64,000 nt of DNA from Klebsormidium nitens (lineage: Eukaryota; Plantae; Klebsormidiophyceae), in assembly GCA_000708835.1 (NCBI GenBank), contig DF237129.1:1-64000 (forward strand), given 5' to 3'. Below the pieces are notes generated by a model that was given only the letters and a program-made list of their open reading frames with translations, was not told where the DNA came from and did no database searches. Positions 35,713 through 47,639 of this stretch are shown in pieces (within the stretch, counting starts at the first letter, position 1; each line of letters begins with the position of its first letter). The translations under genes and the position numbers were made by a program.

Positions 35713-38700
35713 TTAGACGCCGTACCCGGGGGGAACGTAACCATTATTCTTGCAGTGGGGGAAAATGTTGTCCGGGGGCAAGAAGCCGTCGCAACCCTGC
35801 TGGTCGCAGCACACGTAGCGCCCCTGGGGGTCGCTGTTGAACCAGCAGCGCACGGGGAAGGAGCCGGCGGCACCAGCCCCGCAAACACCTGTGAAAACCG
35901 TCAGAGTAAGAGGGGGGTTTCCGTTCAGCAATAGCACTGCTGGGCAAATGCTTATCCCTTTGTCTGTCCCGTCTGCGTCTTGCCCGATCTATGTGGGAAG
36001 AATGTCAGCAAAAGTCTCAGGGAAAATTGTCACGAGAGCGATTGAGGCCACCAAAGGAGACGATAGGGCTTTTACAAAGATACCTTGACCGTTTGTGAAA
36101 CTTCAATAAGCAACCAAGCAGTCCCTGCTGCGCCTCTCTTGTACTGAATTCCAAAGTTGATCAGGCTGTCCAGCCCTCGATCTAGAGCTGCGAGACTTTG
36201 CAGAGTCGTTCCGGCTCCCTCCAGCGCGGGTCGAATCTGCTGAGGGATTGCGGGTTCGACATCCAACTCTCTCCAAAAGCATTTAAGACGCTCTTCACTA
36301 CTCGCCGAGTTTGCGGTGATTTGACATCAGTAGCAGTTCCGAGGGTTGTTGAGCCAGCCACTGATCCTGTCGGCTCCTTGAAAAAGTCGTCTTTCGCGTC
36401 TTCGACTTTTCAGGACGAGACAGACCGCAAGGAGCGCACCCCTGACAAGACGGGTTCCACTTTTCAGGGGGGCCGTACTTAAGCTCAGAACGACAATACC
36501 GAAAACGACAACATATCCTTAGTCGACAACCGAACCCACATGGATGCACATGTTGGGTTCTTCTCAACATTTTTTTCCTCCTTTTTCCAGCATTCGACAA
36601 CAGAACAAAGTACTACCTTGGTCTCCGCTTGAGGGGGTGGGAGGCGCCGGGGGGGTCGGGTTTGCCCCAACTCCATAACCCGGGGGAACGTAACCGTTGT
36701 TCTTGCAGTGGGGGGTCAGGTTGTCCCCATTAAACCCGTCGCAACCCTGGTTGTCGCAGCACACGTAGCGCCCTTGAGGGTCGTTGTTGAAATAGCAGCG
36801 CGTGGGGAAAGAGCCTGCCGCGCCGCTTCCGCAAACCCCTACAACATGGAGAGAAACTATGGTTAAGAACGGTTGGTCATCTCTTGTTAGGCGCCTTTTG
36901 CAAAGCGGACCTGTCTACAGTCCGGCCTAGTGTTGGTTGACAGCGCATAGTCAAGAAAGGAAGGAAGGAATCAAAAGAGTTGGGTTTGATCAGATGCAGA
37001 TTGGTGCAGAACTTCAAGACGCAGTAACGTCGTCAAAGCGCTCAAAAATCTCTACCAGAAGTCTAAAAAATTCAACAAATCGACCTTAAACTTAAGACTG
37101 ACGTGCAGCCGGTGGTTGAAGCTGCAAACTTGCAGATGGCATCGACGCGGACAGCTTTGGAGTTAACAAGAGACGAATCAACCATAACCATGTTATTACT
37201 ACAAAGCAACGAGCGTTCAAGTCCATACGGCCAAAATCCGTCTGCAAAATCTCTGAGAGGAAACGGAAGATAAACGAGGTGCCCGTTACGCGTTCCTATG
37301 CAAGCTGGGCCTTTTTTCTTCGGAATCCAAATCAACGTCGCCCCTTAAGAGCATGATTAATCAACGAGATTGCAAAGGACTGCCATCCCGTTCTCACCGG
37401 GAGAATCGATCTTTCAGAAGCTTTCTAAGTTCGACTGTACAGGTCGCCTGCCTACCTTGGTCCCCGGTGGGAGCAGTCGGAGGCGTTGGGGGGGCGGGGC
37501 CGGAGACACCGTTGTTGGGCGGCACGTAGCCGCTGTTCTTGCAGTGGGGCGTCAGGTTGTCCGCGTTAAAGCCGTCGCAGCCCTGGTTGTCGCAGCACAC
37601 ATAGCGGCCCTGAGGGTCGTTGTTGAAATAGCAGCGCGTGGGGAATGAACCCGCTGCGCCGCTCCCGCAGACCCCTTCAACACGGAAAGAAACCACGGTT
37701 AAGAAAGGCTGGTCGTTTTCGGGTTATTGGACTTTCTGCCGGGTGGATGGGCCGGTTACTTGCTGGTTCCAAACTGACCTGATGTAAAGCCTAAAACCCT
37801 TGAATAGACTTAAGAGGGTCGTCATTGAATCAGCAGCGAGTCGAACAAAGGCCCGCTGCGCCGCTTCCGCAGAAGCCTGGGGGAAAACGTTCCATTGCCA
37901 TTCCGCTAGAAGGTTCCGACCGCTGCGGCACTCACCAAATTTTCCAAAGTTTGGAGTTACTCGTGTTCTCTCCCAATCAGCTTAACCTCGGTAGAGCGTC
38001 AACGAAACCCTCAGAAAGGTTCGTCGCCTTTGTCGAACCTCAGAAGAGATAACGAGGAACAGATTCTCGCCTTGTTCGGACAAGCCCATGTCCTCTGTCG
38101 TTAAAGAGAGGTGGTCTTGAGGAGGATGGTGACACAAGATTCTCAAAAAGTCAAATCGATGTGACGAAAAGTCGAGGCAACCAAGTTGCCTAGAACAAAT
38201 AGATGCCTGAAAAAGGTCTGAGCTGGCGTTTGGAAGCGGAGAGTCCGTGCTATTGGATGGGTCTTGAGACAACGCCTCAACGTAAAAGTGCGGAATGCTG
38301 ACAACGGAAGATGCAGCTCATACGAAACGTCGAATACATCGAGGATTCTGACAAAGTCTCCGCAGAAAAGACGGACCAGCATGGCATAGCGCTCGAGAAT
38401 GAGTGGCTGTGAGCTAGACGCAGCGCTCAAAATGAGTGTCGATAAGGGGATACTTGAATGGCATAATCCAAGAAAAAAAGCGTCGAAAGCGAAGAGAAGA
38501 AGAGAGGAAGAAAACGCACCCTGGTCTCCGGTGGAAGGTGGCGGCTGGCTCGGCGGCTGGTCCGAAAACTGCGGTGGGTAACTGTTGTCTTCGGGAATGG
38601 ACGTCTGTCCGTTGCAGAGCGGAGTGTTGCCGTCTGGTCCGTAGGGCCCGCAGTAATTCTCGCAGCACAGGTAGTGCGCTCCGTCCTTGTATATGCACCC

Positions 38701-41700
38701 GGCTTGCGGCCGGCATAGTTCTGGGAAACAACGGGGGTTTGGCGTTAACCCGGCCCGGTTCAGTGGTCATCCTAGCGCGCTTTTTGAAAGTGAGGGGCAC
38801 AAAAGGCGCGTTCCAGGGTACTGCGGTTGGTCAACAGGAGCATATCTCGGTAGAGAAACCGGAGATGCCAATTTTTGGTATGAAAAAGCGAGACCATCGA
38901 TTTCTGATAAAACAAAATCTGAAGTCCTAGAAAGGAGTTAAATGCTTGAATAAGCCATTCCCGGGTGGAATTTCTGCAATGACCGATTGCCTTCGTAATA
39001 GTATAGAAGAAGCATTAAGCGACAGTTTCTTTACTGCGTCGTCAGCGCGCGTCACAGGCGGCTCGAGAATGTTCGCAAGATGAAAGCTCATCTGCAAGAG
39101 CGCTTTCAACCCTTGAGCCCAGAACCAATTTTCCATCAAATTGTAGCTGTAGAAGAAGTAGAACACTTTAACAACGACAACTAGAGATGGACTCCATCTG
39201 GACCGTGCTCAGATTTGCGTTTCAACGCAGCGGATTGCCATTGAGCAGACAAAATCCACTGCTATGAATAGCGTCAGATGGACAAAACAGCGGGGGGTGA
39301 GATGGACTGAAAACGTATCAAGAAAACTCGCTGCTGACGTTACACCCGTGTTTGCTGATGTGACAGTGACCTACGCACCATGTACTTTCTGCTGCGGCAC
39401 AACGAAACCAAGTTCGAGGAAAAGGAAACTTGTACAAAAGGATAGCGACGTTTGAAAGCAATGCTGGTTTGGGTGCTCACCGTAGTAGTCCGGATTGGCA
39501 ATTGGGCCAGTGGTGTCGCCAACGGTGGATTGCACGGTTGGACTAGTGCCGGGAGGAGAAACCCTGCTCAAAATTAGAACCGAATTTCAGGTTAAGATTA
39601 TACAGCCAGGTTACAAGTAGGTCCGTGTCTGGGGACGGGTGGGTTTACTTTGGTGGTTAAACTGGGTGCGGGCGCGGAGCACATAGGTTTGTCTCAGGGG
39701 TATGGTTTAGTGGGTCCTCCTGGTGTTGTATGCATCTTAACCTGGCTAAACCGAAGCTACACAAGGGACCTTCCCTTGCTCGAACGTGGACTGATACTCC
39801 TACTCACAGGAATCTATTTACAGCTCACCCACATCCCTATAGGTCTCGGAACAGCTGACGACACATTTAAAAGCTTTCAGGATACTTGAGAATGAGCCGT
39901 TCACCTTCTTTGATAGAAAACCATTCTTCACGAATCTGGATCTCCGCGGGTAGAAAAACCATTCTTGGAAAGGAAGTTGAGAAGATTTGGCAAAGAATCG
40001 AGAAAGTCGATGAAGCAGCGCCTCTGGGTGGGGTCAGCAGATCACGAAGGCTGACAAAGGTCTCTTTTGCATGACGGCGCTGTGAAAGCTTTGCTTCAAA
40101 CCATGTTCAATGTAACCAAGAATCGCTTCAATCCTTCAAGAGCACCTTCCAGTCCAGGTTCGACTGACGACTCTTCTCAATAACCGAGTTCTGAGGCGGG
40201 TTTTGATTGTAGTTCACCGAAAACGAGCCAGGCTTTGTTTTCAGGCAGCCGCACTTTGAATTGAGGCTTCCTTCATAAAATTGGCAGAGGCGCTTTACCG
40301 CTTTCAGGTAATGACACGCTCCGTGTTTGAGTTCTGAATGATCATTTGCTCTTCAGAAATGTTAGTGACCATCAGAATTTGGTTTTGCAGGGCAAAGAGC
40401 TAGAAGTCACCACTTCCTTCCCTTAGCCTGCCAGCCAAAAGCTCTCAACTACAGCGCATGTTGCGAACTGCTGTAACGCTCGCTCCTTTCTTCGAAGAGA
40501 AAATTGAAGTCAGCAATCGGTCATGAGCCGGTTGGAGACATGCACCCGGCTCATTGAACACGTCCAAAAGGAGTAGCCGGTCAAACAATCTGTTCTTACA
40601 GATAAACTCGAGCCCCATCCTTAGGAACGAACTTAGCAGAAACGCAGGTCGACTTTCACTCACGGGATGGTACAGAACGTCCCAGTGTAGGCGTCCCCGC
40701 ACTCGCATGTGGCGGCGACGGGTGTATCCTGTTCTCCAAGGATGGGGCCGTCGTAAGTCGCATACCCGCACGTCCCGCCGTTTTGGCATGGGTTGGGGTT
40801 GCATGGGTCATCGCCTGCAAGGGTGGAGTTTGCATCAGTGAAATTGTGTATTACGCTTTTGTGTAGGTTAAAATGCAAAGCATACAAGGTCACCGACTTA
40901 TCCAGGCCTCGGATTTGACCAGCGATGGGTCACGCCTCCAGAAACTAGGGTAAAAGCACCGTTTTGTCTAAAACAGGTGTATGTCGAAAGATTGGAAAGA
41001 TGGATGGAGCGGGATAAACCCACCGCAGGGCTTCAGACTTTCATGTCGTCGATTGAATGTAAAGAATAGCACTCAGGCCAAAATGGTGAGAAGACAAGGA
41101 GTCTGAGGATTGGAGCATCAAAACACGGGCAGATTGGTGCCACAGCCTGAAAGGAATTCTGGCTGTTGAAAACCGTTTGTGCGCTTTTCCAAGCACGGGA
41201 TCCCTGCCCTCCGGTTACAGCAATTCAGGCCTACTCTTGCTGCTGACTCTGTCAACTCCAGCAACAATCTCAAAAAGTTCCACAAGCCAGACCTCCAGGC
41301 ATCGAAGCATATGGCTGCAGCATAACAAACTTCAAAAGACAACTTGCAAAATTCCATAGCCCCTATGGAAGCCGAATCTTACATAACTACTAAGTGATAG
41401 CTACCGGAGATTGGGCCTAGGGCCTCTTGAAAGGCAAGGAAACTAGATGGCCTTCTTGCTTTTGATCAGGATACAAAGATTGCAGTGTCTAGGATGCGAA
41501 ATCCTTACAAGACAATCACGAGCCACATACCTGGAATGTAGCAATACGTCTGCGAATAGGTTGGGGTTTCCTGGGTCAGCGCCACAGATGGAGCGTTGCA
41601 TTGGGTGCAATTGGCCACAATGGTAGGGCCCAGAGTATAAGCTCCCGCAGTGGTGCATGTGTTTCCTGTGACAACGAAGACAATCCAAAATCTGTTAGAA

Positions 41701-42890
41701 GAGTTGCAAGCAACTGCCCGAGTGATGCAATTGTCGCCAGATTGCTACTTTCAGGTGATGCAACACGACGTACAGCTATTTTCTGAATAGTGGCGTAACA
41801 GTGGCTGCTTCAAGTGGACATCAAAGGAAGAACTGTTTATAACCATCTGAAGAACAATTTGTAGAGGAGCATCACCCTCGCGGCGTCTTGGAGCAGCTAG
41901 GGCGACTGTTTACAAGTAGGACTGACAATCCAGGTGGCAGTACACATATCACCCCAAGCTTTCAACCCCAAGCGAAGGTATAATGGAGCACGCAAACCAC
42001 TTCTTTTCTGTCAGACGCATTGCAACCAGCACCAGCGTCCAGCGGAGTCTTTCTGACTCCAAACTTTATGGTTCAGAGGGACCTTGAAAACCACACAGCC
42101 TTGATTGGGCACATTCTGTTGGTAACCGAAGGTGATGCGACATGGTTAAGGATGGCTACTCTGACAGGACTTCCTGCAATCTGAGAAGCTCCAATCAGTC
42201 CAAGGGAACCGTCACTTGTGAGTGATACCCCCCATACTGTCTGTGACCATTTTCAGAGATGACCCTCTATAAGGGCCCCGGGGGGCCTCAGCTTCCTCAA
42301 GTGATTCCAAAGGCCCCCCTTTCTTCGTTCAACCCTGAGTCTTCGTTCAACCTCCCCTCCCACCCCCCCCTTCTATCCCCCCACAATAAGGGGGGGTACC
42401 AGGTACAGTACGACGGTACCCTGATTGCACTGCCTTCTCTAAAGAAAGAAACGCTGCCTGCATTTCTTTGCAGAATCTGCTCAATCTGCCAGACTTGGTT
42501 CGTAATGCCATCAACGGCAAGAACAGGAAACTAGCGGACTGAGTAACTGAGTAAATGAGTCAACCCAAAATGGTTTTGAACGTAATGCCGGATTCCAAAG
42601 AGCAGACTTCCTACCCTCACTCAGCCTTGCATGTACATGTTTGCAAGTACCACATTCTTCAATCAAATTGAAATGGGGCACCATATTGGTCGCTCACCAG
42701 ACCCACAAGGGTTGCCAACGCAGGGGTCTGCGACGCAGGATCTCGAGTCGCCTCTTCGGCCTGGTACGATGTCGTATCCAGATGGGCAGGAAAGGCCGGG
42801 GAAGGGACCCCAGAGAGGAAAGGCATCCGTCCTTGCCGCCAGGAAAAGAGACAGGAACAGGAGCTGGGACAGCATACTGAGCGCAGCCAT
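35713..42890 (-). CDS. Secreted Cys-rich modular protein, copy B, 459 aa, 8 exons
   Basis: Exons 42890-42698, 41665-41531, 40814-40664, 39563-39481, 38720-38520, 37674-37456, 36838-36617 and 35888-35713 total 1380 nt, in frame. All splice sites and Cys spacing are conserved with copy A while introns diverge. Confidence 0.88.
39588..39747 (+). mobile_element. Degenerate copy of the G-rich mini-element in intron 3 of copy B
   Basis: Core ctggggacgggtgggtttactttggtggttaaactgggtgcgggcgcggagc. CAGGTTAAGAT at 39588-39598 is the perfect inverse of 39734-39744. Same intron position as in copy A. Confidence 0.55.
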
Positions 42891-43595
42891 TGGGGCGCCA
42901 GAGGAGCTTTCTTCTAGGGAGTAGGGAGTGAGCGAATAAGGGAATGAGGAAATGCTTCTTCGATCAATCCTTACATGCTGCATTTACTTCCTGCATTCCT
43001 GCATTTCATTTATGTGGCGGCGGGTCTGCAAGTGCTGCTCAAGCTGTGCTGCAAGGGATCGGAGGCATCGGACTGCTCAGTGCTGCAAGCAGGCTGCAAC
43101 TTGTGCAAGCACATGATGGGGCGGCTGGACTGTTAGAATACGGTAGGAAGGTATACCGTATACTGAACATTGTGAGTGATCATGCACATCATCTTGTGAC
43201 TGACCCAGGCAAGAACATCATGCACATGCAGACGGTGAGCCTTCAACTTTACCCGCTAGGCACTGCTCCCTGCCAGGGCAGTGACTGACATCACTCAGAC
43301 TGCACACAGTGCACACCTGGTAGTAGGTACACAGTACTGGTAATTCAACTGGGAGTACCTATAAAACGGCAGGCTGACGGGTCCGGCCGTCTGGATGTAC
43401 CGGTACCTACTCCGGTCCGCAGCTGTCTGCGTTTGCACGGCGACTACGACGGCGATTTCGGACGGTTCTTTTACAGAGAGCCATTTTAGGTACCAACGCT
43501 GTAAAACAAAGAACACATGTGCTCTCCCCCAAGCTGATGTCAACATCCGTCCGACCACTGCCCCATGGGTTGATGAGTGGCGCATGACGTATTCC

Positions 43596-46130
43596 TAGGC
43601 TGGCAATGATGCTGACAGTCACTTCGGTTGTGACCAGTCGAGTCACCGGGTCTGGCCCCCGGTGTCGGATGGGCTCGGACAACGGTCCGCTCGGAGTCGC
43701 TGTCCGCACAGAGTCCGAATCGTCCCACTCAGAATTCGAGTCGATGAGACTCGCGTCGGAGTCGCCGAATTACGTGCCCCCAGTGACCGTCCGTGGACTT
43801 TTGCGAAAGCAGTTCGACAGTCAAAAGCCCTCGCTCGGCACGAAATCCAGCAAGCGGAAGTCAACAAAACCCCGGGAAGCAGCCAAAAACAACTACGTGG
43901 CAGATAAGCGAAAGCACTGGCAGAGAAAGCGAACCCCTGTCCAACACGAGAAACCGCTTTCAAACCCGAAGGTCCGAAAGACCGGCTCTTCGGCTCTCCC
44001 TCTCAACAAGCCCTCCCAAACCCCTGACCCAAGCAGTCGCGTAAACCCGGCGAAACCAACGCACCCAAATACATTAATCAGGGCGCGAACCTGATCCAAG
44101 CAGGGCGCGAACTCGATCCAAGCGCTTAACGTTTAGCGGGCGTTTAGCAACTTGTGCAAGTGAATGCTCTGTGAATGCAGAGCAACTGGAGCAAGGACGG
44201 AACGACCACGGAATAACGAGCTGAACCGTACTGCAGAAACCGTCTCTCGCTCCTTACCCAGGCCGCTTCAGTCCGACATGGCCAAAGGGGTCAAGGACAA
44301 AAAGGACAAGGACTCTCAAATGCGCGAACTACAACGGCAATAAGAAGGATAATGCAAGCGGAGAACTTCACACTGCGCGAGGAAAATGATTCTAGTAACG
44401 TTTCCATTCTCGACTTTTGCACAAACTTAGCGTCTTCGATTCTTCTTCGAACTCAAAAAAAATTCTGGATCTGAATATTTTCCCTCCTTCTGACCAAGCT
44501 CTTAAAGGTCTGCTTGTAATCTCTCTACCATGTTCTAGTGTAGGCCCATAGAAGGAACCGAGAACCGGAGAACACGAAATGATTGTGTGTTCGGAAATCG
44601 TCCAACCACTCGCTTCTCTTCAAAAGTAGCAACCTTATAGTCATTAGGACTAGTCAGAGAGAATGACGAACATGCATTCTTGCTAACCTGTTACATGAAA
44701 TTCCCTATTGATCCGTCTTTCGTCATTAAAGAATGGTAACGAACATTTCAACTGTGATCATGATCAGTTTACCACCGGGAGGAGCAGCCCATCCTAAGGC
44801 GTTGTCCGTCCTCAGAACAGCTCCAAGAAAGTTTCGTAAGCTTTTCCTTTCTCAATCAGCAAGTCGGAAAGTCAGTATACTTCGAGAACGGTTGCCTCAA
44901 TCTTCAAATACACGGCGACCTGTCACAAACGGACAGGCTACCTGAAAGAAGTGTTTCGTATAGTAACGAGGTTTTGTTGCAGTAACGGGTATAAATCCCT
45001 CCGGTCCTCGGTTCGCAATTTGTCATGTTCGTCCAGAACGATCTCAACGACTTGGACGAGACATTACTCAGATACCATTTTCCGACCTACAAAGCATGTC
45101 CCCTCAAAATGGGCGACGGGAAGGGGTTAAGAATACAAACCACCCAGCTTACCGAAAACCGGAGTCATTGGTGAATCGAACCCACATGACGAAGCGTATT
45201 CTTCAACCAGGATTTCGTTCCCCTGGAAAGGAATCTATTTACCCAATTTCAAAGCTCGAGTCAGAGAGACAAGTACGCTTTCTTCTCTTTGGTTATACCA
45301 CTGATTTCCTCATTGGAGCGCTACCACTCTGACCCGTGGACGGCAAACAGGCCATCCACGGACATGGAAAAGAGACCCATGTTCAAACGACGAGAGACGT
45401 CGTACGCCTCCTTCATTCGTGCGAACGTAACAATGTAACAGCAGTTGTAATATGTTTCCACGGAATCATAATTCGGAGCGCTCATGAAAGACTACAGAAC
45501 CTGATAAATCTCTGACGGGTCAAGTGGCATTCCAACCGGTAGCAGGACGGGTGGCGCCGGGACATCAGGAACCAGCCAACAATCAGTTTTCTTAACCCAT
45601 CATGTAAAGCCTATAATCCAGAATCCCTCTCGAAGCTCTCTGAAACCACGCAAGACTGGCACAGGCGGCCAGAAAGCAACGGCCGCCGGTGTCAAAACTC
45701 GGCAGCGCGAGAAGAAGACCACTTCTTCAGGCACGCGGCCGCGCCCGCAGCCGACGAAGGAGGTTCGGGTGTATGTAAAACCCTCTCTTCAAAATAGATC
45801 GACGGCTGTCATTCGCATGAGGAAAAATTGAACGGTTGCAGACCCGGAGAAGAGCTCGTGACCACCTTTGTTTGCACGTCAGATAATCTTAGTCAACTGC
45901 AGTGAGTACTGAGGTTTGAAGCAAACGGCCGCGAATTGTCCAGAAACCTGCCTCTTGGAAACAACTTCGCGTTTAGCACACTTGACGAAAGCTGCAACAC
46001 AACCTCTCTGCAAGGTTTCGAAGTCCATAGGAAAGGAAAAGGGGCCTGAAAGAATTAAGAAACGAAGACCACTGATCGATATTCATGAGCCTAGCTCAAG
46101 CAAGACATCAGGAAGGGGCTGGGCCAGAAT
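43596..46130 (+). pseudogene. Decayed gene- or transposon-derived relic
   Basis: Begins where paralogy to unit A ends. It contains a Lys/Arg-rich ORF (43606-44094), a 22-bp direct repeat (44079-44122) and a broken coiled-coil-like frame MAKGVKDKKDKDSQMRELQRQ*...QAENFTLREENDS (about 44278-44395). No domain recognised. Confidence 0.3.
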
Positions 46131-46190
46131 TATCCATTTGATCTCTCTCTTCTGTAAGTGCCTCTCTCTCTCTCAAGTGCCACTCTGGAA

Positions 46191-46356
46191 AGCTAACCAG
46201 TCTGGGACGGGTAGGGTTAGTTTGGGGGTTAGGGTGGGTTCGGGTGCGGAGCGGGGTGATTTTGTGGGTTAGATTTTTAGTGTTAGTGTTGGAACTTACT
46301 ATTGCTAGAGCTTACTATGATTGCTAAAGCTTACGATTGCTAAAATGAAGTTTCTT
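46191..46356 (+). mobile_element. G-rich mini-element with short tandem-repeat tail and 9-bp TSD
   Basis: ACTCTGGAA is directly repeated at 46182-46190 and 46357-46365. The core has 8 runs of 3 or more G (46204-46256). The tail is three CTTA...ATTGCTA units. Confidence 0.65.
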
Positions 46357-47639
46357 ACTCTGGAAGACCCTCTGCAGGAGCAAGACTGATTAACGTTCTT
46401 CGTCTCGGTCACAGATTTGAACATTCCACATTCTCAATGCGGAAGCGTTACGCGGAGCAGGAAGATTGGCTTGAAATGATTGTTCGTTTGGCTCACCCAT
46501 GCGTATGCTTCGGTTCAGATTGTAATGTAAATTGATCGTGATCGCTAGCATTCTGGTAATTTTGTGGCCCAGCCCCTTAGAAGGTTCCAGATTAGGCTCC
46601 GATGAGTTAGACTTCTTTTCCTTCAGTGGCGGTACGTGCCGGATGCTAGCATCCCATCCGGAGAACATTTCAAGGCAGCGCATGTAGGAACTCAGGATAG
46701 TAATTGACTCTCACACTAATTTACAGTCCCTGTGACAGTCTTTGCATGCAGTTTCAAAGATGCAAGACATATGACTGATGCTTGTCCTGTCCGGGATTCG
46801 TAAGCACATACACGTACTTGCGAGCAAAGACAGGTGGGCTGGCGAGAAAGACAAGGGCTGCCATCCCCCTCTCCTGTCACTCACCTCCTAAGCTGCTCAA
46901 TAAATGACGTTTTTCTCTGTCTTACTAATTCAATCACTTGAGAACGGGAAGACGTAGAACGGAAAGCTCGCGTACCGGTAAGAAAATGAAGGTTCGTATA
47001 CATGTACATGTAGACCGTCTAGCATGCTTGCATGTTCCTAGCTGTTGCTGCTTAATATAAATCCGTACGTGACCGTGGTCCGCTTAGACTCCATGTAAAT
47101 GAACGCAACTTGGACCGTTGCCCATGGCATGGTCTGAGGATCGGTCACCCGGGCATAGCGGCTGCCGCACGGATCGAAAGCATGCATGTATTTTCGATGA
47201 TGGTCTCGCAGCTTCGTTGCGCCGTGGCCAGTGCGGGCGGCCATATTCTATATAGGCTTCTCATGGCATACAATGACCGTCCGGCAAAATGCTCAACGCA
47301 TTGCAGTCGGCGCGCACTGCAGTGCAAACACACCAAGATGTGTTCTGCTTGTCTATGGCTCACACGCAGCCGTTGGGCTTTTACAGAATCGAGGATACCG
47401 GCAGCATGCCATGGCACCCATCATGGGATACTTCAGAAGCGGCCACATTTCGGCGCGTCACAACCCACTTCCACAACCGCCATAAGGCAAGCGAAAAAGA
47501 CTTCAGTCAACACCACATGCCAACAGAATGAAAGAGTTCAGGTTTTGTAAAAAGCTCAAAGTTGACCAAGTAAGCTGTGGCGTCTGTGACATCACAAGTC
47601 GTACACGATGAAGGTCCTGATTCATTGAAGCAGAAATCT

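Larger units (their letters stand above)
35100..43550. repeat. Segmental tandem duplication, unit B
   Basis: Colinear with unit A. Exon lengths are identical except that exon 3 is 3 nt shorter. Confidence 0.9.

Noticed and set aside
43137-43162. ATACGGTA...TACCGTAT hairpin as a MITE footprint
   Set aside because: Only 8 bp per arm, and the orientation is opposite to that of element ends.
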